A stretch of DNA of 61,196 nucleotides, the filler included. It is 5 parts of 5 records of this genome, joined end to end, with 100 filler letters (N's around TTAATTAATTAA, not from the genome) between each part and the next. Parts side by side here need not be neighbours in the genome. Positions count along the whole stretch, not along the records: positions 1 to 26,535 come from SRR31156797_26580; 4 more parts are not named here. One strand, written 5' to 3'. The first letter of the stretch is position 1. Every line of letters starts with the position of its first letter. This document shows positions 11,102 through 21,999 of this stretch, in pieces. The translations under genes were made by a program, and so were the position numbers. The notes beneath the pieces are model-generated. The model had not been told where the DNA came from. It ran no database searches and was given only the letters and a program-made list of their open reading frames with translations.

Positions 11102-11874
11102 AATACCTCGTTGGCGTCAAATACCGGACCATGTTTACACACATGTTTATATGTTCCATCACTTCCGTGGATGGTACAGCCAAGACAGGCGCCCAGACCA
11201 CAGGCCATGTGGGTTTCCATAGAAGCTTGGCAGGGGAGACGAGCAGCCTGGCACTGCCGTGCAACTTCAGCCATAAGGGGTGTTGGCCCGCATACACACA
11301 CGTTTTGAACCGCAGGCAGTATTTCGGGTAAAAGCTGACTTACAAAACCATGATGACCACAGCTTCCATCGTCAGTTGCGAGTTCTGCCTGATAACCAAG
11401 AGCGAGAAATTGGGCGGCAATTGGTTCGAGTTCTTTGCGGTGTCTTGCTCCAAGTAAAACGCGATGTGCACAGGATTCTTTTGAAACCGTTTTTAAATGG
11501 CGCGCTAAAAAAAGAAGTGGGGCAATACCCATGCCGCCACCGATGAGACAGACATTGTGGTGATCGGGAACCCTAAACCAATTGCCTAACGGGCCCACTA
11601 GGTCTACGGTCATCCCTTCGGTGAAGGTACTGAGTAAGGAGGTCCCTTTCCCTACAGTTTTGTAGAGCAATAATAGATCACCATTCGCAGTGATGTCGTG
11701 AATAGAAAAAGGACGACGAAGGAGGGGATCGAGATTGAAGGAGGTTTTGACCATAACAAATTGGCCGGGTTTTGCCTGGGAAACAATCAAAGGCGCGTGC
11801 AATGTCAGGCAAAAGATATCATCTGTGATCTGTTCAGCAGATTGGATGCGTGAGTTTTCCTGTATGGAATTCAT
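11089..11874 (-). CDS. pyrK: Dihydroorotate dehydrogenase electron-transfer subunit
   Basis: RRPFSI, GPLGN, GGGMGIAP, CGP, MACGLGACLGC...CKHGPVF 2Fe-2S motif; adjacent to pyrD. Confidence 0.94.
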   Translation of the reverse strand: MNSIQENSRIQSAEQITDDIFCLTLHAPLIVSQAKPGQFVMVKTSFNLDPLLRRPFSIHDITANGDLLLLYKTVGKGTSLLSTFTEGMTVDLVGPLGNWFRVPDHHNVCLIGGGMGIAPLLFLARHLKTVSKESCAHRVLLGARHRKELEPIAAQFLALGYQAELATDDGSCGHHGFVSQLLPEILPAVQNVCVCGPTPLMAEVARQCQAARLPCQASMETHMACGLGACLGCTIHGSDGTYKHVCKHGPVFDANEVLWPL

Positions 11875-12031
11875 TATGCAGATTATGGATTATACGGTTT
11901 ATTGAAAATAGGACAATTTACCTTTCATGGGAACCAATAATAAGGCTACAATGATAGCAGGTAATGGTCTTTTAGTATCAAATTTTTATGTGCGCGATTG
12001 AAGTTAATACGACATGTATGGGGGGCGTTTA

Positions 12032-12817
12032 ATGGAGTTTATTGTCATTTTCGTAATGATACTTTTTGGGGCTGTAGTTGGGTCCTTCCTAAATGTAGTC
12101 ATCCTACGGTTACCTGCAGAGGATGCCTCCATCGTTTTTCCAGGGTCACACTGCCCAGTCTGTAAAACAGCAATCAGGTGGTATGACAATATTCCGATTT
12201 TTAGTTATTGTTTGCTTCGAGGAAAATGCAGGAACTGCAGTACATCAATATCGATACAATATCCAGTAGTGGAAATGTGCATGGCGTTATTGACAGCAGC
12301 TCTGTACGTTCGATTCGGGCTTAGTTTTGACGTTTTATATTACTTTGTCTTTGCCGCCAGCCTATTGGTTATCATATTTATCGATATTCATCACCAAATT
12401 ATTCCTGATGTCATCAGTCTTCCAGGTATTGTTATTGGAGCCTTCGGCGCATTTTTCTGTACGTATGTCACCTGGCAGGAGTCAATTATTGGTATTTTGG
12501 CAGGAGGCGGAGTTCTTTATCTTATCGCTTTTGGTTATTATGCAATCACAAAAAGGGATGGTATGGGAGGTGGAGATATAAAGTTGTTGGCAATGATCGG
12601 AGCGTTTCTTGGCTGGCCTAGTCTGCTCTATGTTGTGTTCTTTAGCTCATTGACAGGAAGTATCGTCGGCATTGCAACCATGATTAATAAGAATCAAGAT
12701 ACTCGCCTCAAGATACCCTTTGGGCCATTTCTTTCCCTTGGCGGATTATCCTATCTCTTCTTCAAACCTCAAATTATGTATTGGTGGAACCTATATCTGG
12801 AAATAATGGCACGGTAA
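12032..12817 (+). CDS. pilD: Prepilin peptidase / N-methyltransferase
   Basis: GSFLNVVI, two CxxC pairs, GMGGGDIKL, PFGPFL. Confidence 0.94.
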   Translation: MEFIVIFVMILFGAVVGSFLNVVILRLPAEDASIVFPGSHCPVCKTAIRWYDNIPIFSYCLLRGKCRNCSTSISIQYPVVEMCMALLTAALYVRFGLSFDVLYYFVFAASLLVIIFIDIHHQIIPDVISLPGIVIGAFGAFFCTYVTWQESIIGILAGGGVLYLIAFGYYAITKRDGMGGGDIKLLAMIGAFLGWPSLLYVVFFSSLTGSIVGIATMINKNQDTRLKIPFGPFLSLGGLSYLFFKPQIMYWWNLYLEIMAR

Positions 12818-12886
12818 AAACCCTGCACATTCTTTGACGTTGAGTCAAAGAATGATAGTAGGGGAGGTGATGATTTGATGCTGCAT

Positions 12887-12928
12887 AAAAAAATCCCCTG
12901 GTTCTCTCAGAGAACCAGGGGATTTCTT
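12887..12928. terminator. Bidirectional intrinsic terminator between pilD and dsrP
   Basis: AAATCCCCTGGTTCTC / GAGAACCAGGGGATTT perfect stem with A- and T-rich flanks, between convergent genes. Confidence 0.85.
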
Positions 12929-12957
12929 ATTTAAAGCTAAAGCAAACTATAGAGCTG

Positions 12958-14130
12958 TTAGGCTTCTATTTCATGCTCAACACCAATAGCTATTTTATAG
13001 AGAATGGTGAGAATGAAAAAGCCTGTTGCCCAAATACCAATGGTTATAAATATTTCATTGGCTGTTGGGATGTACTCGACAATTTCTTCAAGTGGAGTAG
13101 GTACGAATCCACCAATTACAAACCCTATACCTTTATCAAGCCAGAAGGCTATGAAGATGGAGGCACATCCTATTCCAAGCCAAAGGTCACTGCCTTTTCT
13201 TGTTTTTGGATAACTGATTAATCCTATACCAATCAAGAACAGGATCACAAACGCCCACATGTATGGAACAAGGTTGTCATAAATATGGCCATGATGCTCG
13301 AGCCCAAAGAAAAGATATTGGAGAGTGTGCTTGTGACCAGGAATATTTGAGTAAAAGCCGACAAAAAATTCAAGACCAACAAAGAACATATTCGCAAGAG
13401 CAGCATAAATGATGATCGTAACCATTTTGTTCAATGCTTCTTTACCAGCATCAAAGTTAGCAACACGCTTGAGAATAAGAGCTATAACAACGATCAATGC
13501 AGGCCCAGCAGCAAATGCTGAAGCCAAAAACCGTGGAGCAATGATTGCTGAAAGCCAGAAATGCCTACCTGGCAGACCGCAGTACAGCATAGCTGTTACT
13601 GTGTGAATCGATATCGCAAAGGGAATAGAGAGATATACAAAAGGGTATATCCACTTAGGCGGTGCAACCTGCTTGCGTTCAGCTGTGAGAATTACCCATC
13701 CACAGAGAGCATTAAGCAGTAAGTATCCCCACAAGACACACATGTCATAAAACATCATGGAATTGGGTGATGGGTGCAGAAGGACGTTAAGCCCACGCAG
13801 CGGTTGCCCAAGGTCAGCCATGATAAACATCATACACATCAGTAGCGAAGAAATTGCGAGGAATTCGCCAAGAATGGTAATTTTACCAAATGCTTTATAG
13901 TTATGAATGTAATAAGGCAAAACAAGCATAACCCCCCCGGCAGCAACTCCGACGAGAAATGTAAACTGGGAGATATATATACCCCAAGAGACATCACGGC
14001 TCATACCTGTAAGGCCAAGTCCGTAAAAATACTGTCGAAGATAGCAGATGACGGCTATACCAATAAAGAACCCAAGAAAGGCAAGCCACATCCAGTAGTA
14101 ATTGTTTCCTTTTAGTGCTTTTTCAAACAT
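12958..14130 (-). CDS. dsrP: DsrP, NrfD-type membrane subunit
   Basis: LTGMSRDVSWGIYISQFTFLVGVAAG, DLGQP; last gene of dsrMKJOP. Confidence 0.95.
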   Translation of the reverse strand: MFEKALKGNNYYWMWLAFLGFFIGIAVICYLRQYFYGLGLTGMSRDVSWGIYISQFTFLVGVAAGGVMLVLPYYIHNYKAFGKITILGEFLAISSLLMCMMFIMADLGQPLRGLNVLLHPSPNSMMFYDMCVLWGYLLLNALCGWVILTAERKQVAPPKWIYPFVYLSIPFAISIHTVTAMLYCGLPGRHFWLSAIIAPRFLASAFAAGPALIVVIALILKRVANFDAGKEALNKMVTIIIYAALANMFFVGLEFFVGFYSNIPGHKHTLQYLFFGLEHHGHIYDNLVPYMWAFVILFLIGIGLISYPKTRKGSDLWLGIGCASIFIAFWLDKGIGFVIGGFVPTPLEEIVEYIPTANEIFITIGIWATGFFILTILYKIAIGVEHEIEA

Positions 14131-14137
14131 GGCAACC

Positions 14138-14983
14138 TCATACTATGTAAAAGACAGATGGATGGGTACCCAGCGTCGGTTTTCGCTGAATGGTGTAATT
14201 TTCTTTAAGTAACTTACGTACTTCTGAATGCGGATCATTCAGATCACCAAACACCATGGCTTTTGATTCACCACAAGCTTCTACACAGGCAGGTATCTTA
14301 CCGACACTAATTCGCTCTGCACAGAAATTACACTTTTCTACGACACCACGCATCCTTCTGGGGAAATCGTTGTTGATCTCCTTGATGAAAGGTTGCGGGT
14401 TGCGCCAGTTGAAACTTCTCATACCGTACGGGCATGCAGCCATACAGAACCGACATCCGATGCAGCGATGATAGTCCATCGCGACCAAACCGTCTTTGTT
14501 CTTAAACGTCGCCTGAGTAGGACAGGCACGAACACAAGGTGGGTTATCGCAGTGGTTGCAGAGTACAGGAACCTGATGCGATTCAGTTGTTTCATCTTTG
14601 TAAAGCTGGCTCTTTTCTGGAAAACAATTTTCATAATTGGTCATCCAGATCCACTTAATTTCATCTTTCTTTTCTGGGAATTCAGGAACATTGTGTGCCT
14701 TAATACAAGCAGACTCAGCCTTTTTCCCAAGGTTCGGGTCATTCTGAAATTTCTTTACATCAATGACCATCCCGTATCGTTTGCCGGATGTAGTAGCTTC
14801 TACTTTAGCATGGGCTGAATCCTGCTCTGCATGCGAGCCAGCAGCTACTTTTGCCGCAGTAGAAGCGCTGGCTACAGCCGGGCTTGCACCTGCAACAATT
14901 TTATCGACAACCGCGGTTCCGCCAAGGCCAGCCAGTGTTGATATCCCGGCAACCTTGAGGAAATCTCTTCTTTTTTTATCCAT
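14138..14983 (-). CDS. dsrO: DsrO, Tat-exported FeS protein
   Basis: RRDFLK Tat motif, CNHCDNPPCVRACP, CIGCRFCMAACP, KCNFC; RBS GGAGG before ATG 14983. Confidence 0.95.
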   Translation of the reverse strand: MDKKRRDFLKVAGISTLAGLGGTAVVDKIVAGASPAVASASTAAKVAAGSHAEQDSAHAKVEATTSGKRYGMVIDVKKFQNDPNLGKKAESACIKAHNVPEFPEKKDEIKWIWMTNYENCFPEKSQLYKDETTESHQVPVLCNHCDNPPCVRACPTQATFKNKDGLVAMDYHRCIGCRFCMAACPYGMRSFNWRNPQPFIKEINNDFPRRMRGVVEKCNFCAERISVGKIPACVEACGESKAMVFGDLNDPHSEVRKLLKENYTIQRKPTLGTHPSVFYIV

Positions 14984-15006
14984 CAGTATATCTCCTCCTT
15001 TGCCGT

Positions 15007-15378
15007 TCACTCAACCGGAGCTATGTGGCAGTCCCAGCAATATGGTGTAACAGAAGCATAGTCATGACAAGTGTCACAGAATTTTTTCTTACTGGTGTGA
15101 CACTCCATGCATGTAAGCATCAAGCTCTTCTGATATTCTTTACCATCAATTGTAATGGTGCCCCTATCTCCGTCTCGCAATACCTCATCTCGCCACTCAT
15201 TCAACATCTGCATATGGCCGGAGCGCATAGCTTCAGCAGAAAGGACGCAGCTTTTTGCATCCTTGGGCAACTCTGGCTTTGGTGCATTGCCAGCATCACC
15301 GTGGTTGTACCAGATGGGGATCGTGATAAACAGGACGAAGATGATCAGCCCCGGAATGATTTTACCACTGTCGTACAT
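15007..15378 (-). CDS. dsrJ: DsrJ triheme cytochrome c
   Basis: Three CxxCH motifs (CMECH, CDTCH, CWDCH). Confidence 0.95.
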   Translation of the reverse strand: MYDSGKIIPGLIIFVLFITIPIWYNHGDAGNAPKPELPKDAKSCVLSAEAMRSGHMQMLNEWRDEVLRDGDRGTITIDGKEYQKSLMLTCMECHTSKKKFCDTCHDYASVTPYCWDCHIAPVE

Positions 15379-15404
15379 TGTTATTCCTCCATTTCAACCG
15401 GGGG

Positions 15405-17033
15405 TTAGACCAAGGTCCTGAGACCTTCATCGAGTTCCTGTCGCTGTTCGCCTTCCACAACCAGAGCATTACCAACGAGCTCGCTTATACCAGCGACCTG
15501 AACTTGCGGCACCCAGTAATCACACAGTGTGGTCAGCGTAGCCCTGTCAATTGCACAAACACAACTTAGGGTGTTGACATCATGTTTTTCGTGAACATAC
15601 TTAACTGCGTTGGCTCGTGGAAGCCCAGAACGCATTCGGAGTTCCATGATCTCATCTGTGTTTAGGGCGGTTCCTGACCCACAACAAAAAGTTTTTTCGC
15701 GGATAGTATTTTCAGGCATCTCAACCCAGTCGACAACATGGTCAAGGATATATCGCGGCTCATCAAGTAGGCCCATTGCCCTTGCAGGGTTACAGGAGTC
15801 GTGGTACGTCGCTTTTAGATGGGCGTTACGACTTTTATCAAAATTGAGTTTACCGTTCTTAATAAGATCAGCGGTAAATTCTGAAATATGAACCATCTTC
15901 GTAGATGCCGCATTCTCAAATACTGTGCCGGTTATTGGAGATTTCGGTACCTCCATAAAATCAGTTGGACCATTCATGGTATCCATGTACTGATGAACGA
16001 CACGCCACATATGACCACATTCCCCGCCCAGAATCCACTTCACGCCAAGACGCTCAGCTTCCGCGTACATTTTGGCGTTGAGCTTTTTCATCATTTGGTT
16101 GGAAGTGAACAGCCCGAAGTTCCCACCTTCTGATGCATATGTGGACCATGTGTAGTCAAGTCCGATAGCTTCAAAAAGGATTAAATATCCCATGCAGGTG
16201 AAAATGCCCGGTTCAGCGAAAACATCTGCTGATGGGGTAATAAACAAGACTTCTGCGCCTTTGCGATTAAAGGTTGGATTAACCTTAATACCTGTGAGAT
16301 TTTCCACATCTTCACAAAGGAAATCAACATTGCCCTTAAATGCCTGGGGAGTTAACCCCATGTGGTTACCTGTTCTATTGGAATTAGCAACAGGTTCCAT
16401 GGCCCAGTTTATACCTATACCGACCAAGTGCAGTAATTCACGTAACATCATTGTGATTTCTGCTGTATCGATACCGTATGGGCAGAACACAGAACATCGA
16501 CGACATTCTGTACACTGGTAAGCATACATGAACCACTCTTTAAGTATGCCTGCTGTCATTTCCCGGCCACCGGCAAGTTTACCAAGAATTTTACCCGCTA
16601 AAGTAAAGTCCTGTCGATAAACCGAACGGAGCAATTCTGCCCTCATTACCGGCATATTTTTCGGATCACCGGTGCCGAGGAAAAAATGACATTTATCTGC
16701 GCAGGCACCACAGCGAACACAACAGTCCATGAAGATTTTAAGACTGCGAAACTTGTCCAGTCGGTCTGCGATTCCCTGAATGATAATGTCTTTCCAGTTT
16801 TCTGGAAGTTTCCAGTCATCGTCTTCAGGATTCCAGTCCCTCGCATTAGGGAAGCTGACACCCTTTTGACTGTCAAGATATTCTAATTTTTCGGGCTTTG
16901 TGGGGTAAGCATAGTTGCCGGGTTTAAAAACCGCAGGCACTTCCATCCAATCTTTGGTTGGAAAGGCGCCAGTCATCAGAGAGGGTCCCTCGGCAACGCT
17001 ACGTGCCAACTTATCTACCTTTACTACTGCCAT
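15405..17033 (-). CDS. dsrK: DsrK, HdrD-like FeS subunit
   Basis: CVRCGACADKC, CTECRRCSVFCP, GECGH, HDSCN, CCG domain. Confidence 0.96.
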   Translation of the reverse strand: MAVVKVDKLARSVAEGPSLMTGAFPTKDWMEVPAVFKPGNYAYPTKPEKLEYLDSQKGVSFPNARDWNPEDDDWKLPENWKDIIIQGIADRLDKFRSLKIFMDCCVRCGACADKCHFFLGTGDPKNMPVMRAELLRSVYRQDFTLAGKILGKLAGGREMTAGILKEWFMYAYQCTECRRCSVFCPYGIDTAEITMMLRELLHLVGIGINWAMEPVANSNRTGNHMGLTPQAFKGNVDFLCEDVENLTGIKVNPTFNRKGAEVLFITPSADVFAEPGIFTCMGYLILFEAIGLDYTWSTYASEGGNFGLFTSNQMMKKLNAKMYAEAERLGVKWILGGECGHMWRVVHQYMDTMNGPTDFMEVPKSPITGTVFENAASTKMVHISEFTADLIKNGKLNFDKSRNAHLKATYHDSCNPARAMGLLDEPRYILDHVVDWVEMPENTIREKTFCCGSGTALNTDEIMELRMRSGLPRANAVKYVHEKHDVNTLSCVCAIDRATLTTLCDYWVPQVQVAGISELVGNALVVEGEQRQELDEGLRTLV

Positions 17034-17066
17034 TGCGTTATCCTTTTACTCTTGTTTTTGTCGAGC

Positions 17067-18107
17067 TTACTCGGCCTCTTCCTTAGTTTCAGCCTCAGGT
17101 TTTGGCGGCAATTCTTTCTCGACAGGGATTCCCTGTTCAACCATATCTTCCCTAAATTCATCCTCATAAGCAGCATAAGAGTGCGGCTTGATTTCAGGAT
17201 TCCAAGGGTTAATATGACGCACCATACGAGAATTGTTAGCCATATTCCTGGTTGGGCTCATGAAAACACCGCCCATATGCATTAATTTGCTAAATGGAAA
17301 GTAGGCGAGCAGTGCACATACCAAAAAGAGGTGTGCATAAAAAATCGCGCTGATTTTTGCTGTTATGGTTGGTTGAAAGGTGACGAGACCAACTGCCAGC
17401 TCTTTAATGGCATTGATGTCAACATCGGTCCGCAGGAAAAATCGCATCAGGATACCGGTGGTCGCAACCCCAAGGATCAGAAAAAGAGGGAAGTAATCGT
17501 TGGCAAGTGAGAGGTAGCGGACATGCGGATTAACCAGTCGTCTCCCAAACAGAAAGAGAATACCCAATACCAATGTAATATCTGTCATATACATGGTAGG
17601 AGCACCAATCTGAAACAAAGAATCCCCAACTTCCAAAAAGGAAACAAAGAAAGGAACTGGTTCCATAAACAAGCGCATATGGCGGATAACTACCACCAAA
17701 AAGCTGTAATGGAAAAGAATACCAAATAGCCATAGCCATTTGCTTGATTCGTAGGTCAGCTTCGGTCCATCATAGACAGTAGCTTTTGTGTTACGCCATA
17801 AGGATCGGAAAAGAAATATTTCCAGAAACATCCTTGCCACAACCTGAGAGGTGTTGTTGGGCGCTTCCAACTTGTCCTGCTTGATCCAAGGCAGAGAATA
17901 TCCCTGGCCACAGGTAGTTGGAATTTTAAAGGGAACAGGTGATTTTGCCCAGTGGAATATCCTGTAACAAAATCCTCCGAGAAACAGCGCCATGGCCAGA
18001 TAGGGGATCACAACACCGAAAAAGTATTGCATTCCTGGTATCTGTACACCTATAAGCGCTATCAGCACCAAGGCAACTACTGCCGCGAACGGGAAGGCGT
18101 ACTTCAT
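17067..18107 (-). CDS. dsrM: DsrM, NarI-like cytochrome b
   Basis: SPVPFKIPTTCGQ, YFPFSKLMHMGGVFMSPTRN. Confidence 0.96.
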   Translation of the reverse strand: MKYAFPFAAVVALVLIALIGVQIPGMQYFFGVVIPYLAMALFLGGFCYRIFHWAKSPVPFKIPTTCGQGYSLPWIKQDKLEAPNNTSQVVARMFLEIFLFRSLWRNTKATVYDGPKLTYESSKWLWLFGILFHYSFLVVVIRHMRLFMEPVPFFVSFLEVGDSLFQIGAPTMYMTDITLVLGILFLFGRRLVNPHVRYLSLANDYFPLFLILGVATTGILMRFFLRTDVDINAIKELAVGLVTFQPTITAKISAIFYAHLFLVCALLAYFPFSKLMHMGGVFMSPTRNMANNSRMVRHINPWNPEIKPHSYAAYEDEFREDMVEQGIPVEKELPPKPEAETKEEAE

Positions 18108-18230
18108 CGATCACTCCTTCGCATTTCAAGTTAAAATAACTTTAATAAGTTATTACGAAAGCCAGACTAAACGGTCACAGGTGACATCGCTGTAACCATC
18201 TGGCAGGTCACACAAATAGGGGGTAGAACG

Positions 18231-18761
18231 TCAATTACTTTCCAAGGTTGTTGGCTTATCTTGCAACATCTTGGAAGGGCAGCCTGAGTCTGTTATGACA
18301 TGGCTCCCACTTTTAATTTCTTGAATTCGGCAGCTATAGATCTGTTCACGACAATCCATGTATACGTTGAATCCCATAAGGGCTATGCGGTCGATATCAC
18401 AGTCCAGAGAGTCAAGTTCACTCAGTAATGGCTTAGTTTCTTTCTTTGCAGAAAATACCTGTTTTATAACCCACTTGAGCTCTAATAATGGAGCGACTGC
18501 CTGGGCAGGGGTAAAAGTTTGTACTGCGCGGATTCTGATTACTTGGTCGATCGCCTTGGCGTATTCAGGATGCTCAGAATTATTAATGAGTAAACCGAAA
18601 ATTGTACTCAATGCATCCTTGATGTTAGCCCCTACAGGATTGGAAAAGGAATCCTTTTCTTTTTTAAAAAACCCAGGGGATTTGTAACTGTTAAGGGTTC
18701 TTTCAATCCAGAGTGAAACTATTTCTTTTTTGTGACCTTCTAGGGCCTCTTTTAATTCCAT
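18231..18761 (-). CDS. dsrT: DsrT (RsbRD N-terminal domain protein)
   Basis: FSNPVG, IRIRAVQTFTPAQA, CREQIY; directly upstream of dsrM; start MELKEAL (18761). Confidence 0.88.
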   Translation of the reverse strand: MELKEALEGHKKEIVSLWIERTLNSYKSPGFFKKEKDSFSNPVGANIKDALSTIFGLLINNSEHPEYAKAIDQVIRIRAVQTFTPAQAVAPLLELKWVIKQVFSAKKETKPLLSELDSLDCDIDRIALMGFNVYMDCREQIYSCRIQEIKSGSHVITDSGCPSKMLQDKPTTLESN

Positions 18762-18979
18762 CGTTTTAGCTAAAAAAGCGTGAGTCCTGATCAAGAAGCT
18801 GCAGGAAATTAGCGTAAAGTCAATGCAAAATTGTGAGGCGGTGATGGTGCAGTCTGAAAACGGGCTTTTATTATAACCCTGATAACCCACTCTAAAGCAT
18901 ACACTTTGCGCAGAAAAATGAATGATGATTCATGCAGGACATGCTCTATCATGATTATCAGGTGATTTCAAGGTAAAAA

Positions 18980-21091
18980 TCATTGAGCCTGGGTTAAGAC
19001 TTGGCTTGTGCTTCCTTTATCTCCCAGTAAAAAAAGAGATACTTGTACAAAAGGATCATCTTTAAGTTCTTTATCAAGCGGAATTTCTTTTTTAGGCTTC
19101 CCGTCGCTGCTTTCTTCGTTGAGTAAGCCTGCTTTTTGTGCTTTCTCACGCGCCATAGCCACCTCCTTTCTTTCCTGTTTCATTCCTTTCAGATCGATGG
19201 CAATTTGGGTTTTCTCCATACGTTTTTTGGTTCTCTCGGCCTCTTCTTTTATCTGCTGAAATTGTTTGTTCGTTTTGATCCACTCTTCCCCCTCAACTTT
19301 GGCCGCAGTCACATCGAACCTTGGCCCTCCCCAATTGTCAAAGCCGACATTTTCTACTTGGTCCCAAGGAAGTGAATTTTCCATATACTGTTCACCACTT
19401 TCAAGGTTATCCAAAAGTGAAGGGACAATCAGATCCGGTTCAACTCCTTTGAACTGGGTGGAGCCGCCGTCGATACGGTAGAATTTTTGGATGGTTAGTT
19501 TGAGGGCGCCTAAATCTTCGTATTTTTTGAGTTGGAGAAGCGGCAGGTTCCTATTCATATCCAACAGGGCCTGTACTGTCCCTTTACCATGGGTATGTTT
19601 GCCGCCGATGACCAGTGCCCTTCCATAATCCTGGAGGGCAGCTGCGAGAATCTCGGAAGCTGACGCACTAAACTGGTTGACCAGTACAATCAAGGGGCCG
19701 GAGTAGGTAATGGTAGGATCTTCATCTTCCAGTACCCTCACCATTCCCTCTGAATCTTTTACTTGGACCACCGGGCCGCCAGGAAGGAAGAGGCCGGATA
19801 TCAGTACTGCGTCTGAAAGCGCACCGCCTCCGTTGTTTCGCAGGTCAAGAATAAGACCCTGGACATCCTGTTCCATCAATTTTTTGAGCTCTATTTCAGT
19901 GTCGGCAGTTGCGTTCCGTCCTTTTTTGCCATTCCCTGCAGCTGCAAAATCACGGTAAAAACTAGGGATACGAAGATACCCAACTTTTTTATTGTCATTA
20001 CTTTGGAGAGTCGTCGATTTGACGTAGGTCTCTTCGATCTGGACCACATCCCGAGTGATCGCAATGACCATTCTGGCCCCGTCGGGTTTTTGTACAGTAA
20101 GTTTTACCTCTGTATCCTTTGGGCCGCGGATATAGCTCACGGCATCCCTGATTCGCATGTCTGTAATTTCAACTGGCTCGCCATCCGTCTCAGAAACAGC
20201 AAGGATTATATCTTCTCCTTTGAGTTGCCCTTGTCGTTCGGCTGCGCTCCCGGGAATAATTCGGACAACCTTTATCATGCCGTCATCTTCACGGAGGAGG
20301 GCACCTATACCTTCCAGGGAGCCACTCATATGAATGTTAAAGTCTTCTTTGGAGGTTGGCGGCATGTATGTTGTGTGCGGGTCAAATGCTCGGGCTACCG
20401 TATCAAAATATCTATTATAATGATCCTGGCGGGTTTGCTTGAGCAGCCTTTCCAGTGACCGATGAGCCCGTTTTTGTACTTTTTCGGTTGCCGCAGCTAT
20501 GCGTTCATTAAATATCGATGTACTGGTATCGACCTGCTTCTCTGGATTTTTTTTCTTGAATTCATCCAGGTCATCAAAGTAGGTGTCGAGGATTTGCATT
20601 TTCAGGATTTTGTGCCAACGCTGTTGCAGTGCGTCTACATCTTTTGCGTAAGCTATTTTCTTGGGATCGCCTTCCAAAAATGCTTTCTGGGAAAATTCAA
20701 ACCCCTGTGCAATGAGGGGATCGATGAATTTTTGCACCTGACGAATCCTATCATTGAGGAGTTCTGCCCCAGCGTCAGCCAAAACTATACGTCCCCTTTT
20801 GAGTTCATCGTCAATATGATCGGCAAAGGCGGTGAGCTGGTCAATGTCGGATTGGAGCAGGAACCGTTTTCTGGGATCAAGCTGCCTGATAAAGAGATCA
20901 AAGGCGGCCCTTGAAAGAGAATCGTCAAAAGGCTCGTGGGAAAAATGTTGGGAAGGAAGTTGATGGCTTAATATGTAGGCTATGAGCTGGTTGCGGCCTG
21001 CATTGAACTCAACCGGGAACACCTTGGCCCAAGAAGATAGAGGACTGAAGGTCGTACATAGTAAGAAAATGATGAACGTGAGTCGTCGCAT
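18980..21091 (-). CDS. prc: Carboxy-terminal processing (tail-specific) protease, S41 family
   Basis: DPHTTY, SLEGIGA + PDZ, DLRNNGGG, SASASEI, GKGTVQ; start MRRLTF. Confidence 0.9.
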   Translation of the reverse strand: MRRLTFIIFLLCTTFSPLSSWAKVFPVEFNAGRNQLIAYILSHQLPSQHFSHEPFDDSLSRAAFDLFIRQLDPRKRFLLQSDIDQLTAFADHIDDELKRGRIVLADAGAELLNDRIRQVQKFIDPLIAQGFEFSQKAFLEGDPKKIAYAKDVDALQQRWHKILKMQILDTYFDDLDEFKKKNPEKQVDTSTSIFNERIAAATEKVQKRAHRSLERLLKQTRQDHYNRYFDTVARAFDPHTTYMPPTSKEDFNIHMSGSLEGIGALLREDDGMIKVVRIIPGSAAERQGQLKGEDIILAVSETDGEPVEITDMRIRDAVSYIRGPKDTEVKLTVQKPDGARMVIAITRDVVQIEETYVKSTTLQSNDNKKVGYLRIPSFYRDFAAAGNGKKGRNATADTEIELKKLMEQDVQGLILDLRNNGGGALSDAVLISGLFLPGGPVVQVKDSEGMVRVLEDEDPTITYSGPLIVLVNQFSASASEILAAALQDYGRALVIGGKHTHGKGTVQALLDMNRNLPLLQLKKYEDLGALKLTIQKFYRIDGGSTQFKGVEPDLIVPSLLDNLESGEQYMENSLPWDQVENVGFDNWGGPRFDVTAAKVEGEEWIKTNKQFQQIKEEAERTKKRMEKTQIAIDLKGMKQERKEVAMAREKAQKAGLLNEESSDGKPKKEIPLDKELKDDPFVQVSLFLLGDKGSTSQVLTQAQ

Positions 21092-21262
21092 AATTGCCCT
21101 CTGGCAAAGAAGAATGATAGTGTTGCTATAGTGATGGTGAGAAATGTCCTGCTTGATGCCCTTAAGGTGCAGCAACCCTGCGATTGGGGGGAAGATTTCT
21201 ACTACCCGTTGATTATTGTAAGCAAAGGAGCGTTGTAATTAGTATTCAGTGGGGTGAAATAT

Positions 21263-21886
21263 TTATAATGGACTGACAACCTTTGATGCATCAACCATTG
21301 TGCTCATAATATCATACATATTCGATATCTGGCCGACTTTTATCGCTGATTTGAGTTTATAAAAATCAAGACAGGTCCCGCAGACCAAAATTTCTACCCC
21401 CGACTGCTGGAGTTCTTTGAGTGCTTCCAGTGCACCCGATTGCTCAACGACCAGCTTTACCCCACTATTATAAAAAAGAATCTTGTCCGGTTGCGGGGTA
21501 ACTTCTTTAATTGTTTGTATAAAAGTCTGGAGTAAAGCCCAGCCGAGGTCGTCGCTGCCACGTCCCATCGTATTTGCAGATATAACGTAAATAAGGGAGC
21601 CTGTCCCTTCTTGAGGTAGTTCGCAACTATACACATCACTCTCGATGGTTGCTGCTGTCGGAGTGGAGTCATCGCGTTGTATTAGAATTCGGTAGGTTCC
21701 GTCCGGCATTTCTGTTGCTGAGACTTCACACCCTTGGTTCCTTCCAAAACGTGTAACGTTGTTTTTGGAAGCCTCATTGTCAACAGTGACACTGATAAGA
21801 GTATGTCCTTGTTCCAGTGCATCCTTGGTTCTGAGAACAGGTTTAGGGCAGGGAAGTCCAATGCAATCAAGGGATATCGGTTCCAT
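21263..21886 (-). CDS. yedF: Sulfurtransferase-like selenium metabolism protein YedF (TusA + DsrE-like)
   Basis: LDCIGLPCPKPV TusA motif; MGRGSDDLG, FYNSGV, CGTCLDFY. Confidence 0.88.
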   Translation of the reverse strand: MEPISLDCIGLPCPKPVLRTKDALEQGHTLISVTVDNEASKNNVTRFGRNQGCEVSATEMPDGTYRILIQRDDSTPTAATIESDVYSCELPQEGTGSLIYVISANTMGRGSDDLGWALLQTFIQTIKEVTPQPDKILFYNSGVKLVVEQSGALEALKELQQSGVEILVCGTCLDFYKLKSAIKVGQISNMYDIMSTMVDASKVVSPL

Positions 21887-21999
21887 GGAGGGCAATTATA
21901 AGTTAGAGGTAGCTAAATAAAGAATAAGTAAAAAAATAAAAAAAGACCTGTTTTTACCTGTTTGTTAATAAAATAACCATATTTGCAGGCTGTGCAACG

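Noticed and set aside
21263-21886. Selenoprotein recoding near yedF
   Set aside because: No in-frame TGA at a catalytic position and no selD or SECIS evident in the neighbouring genes.
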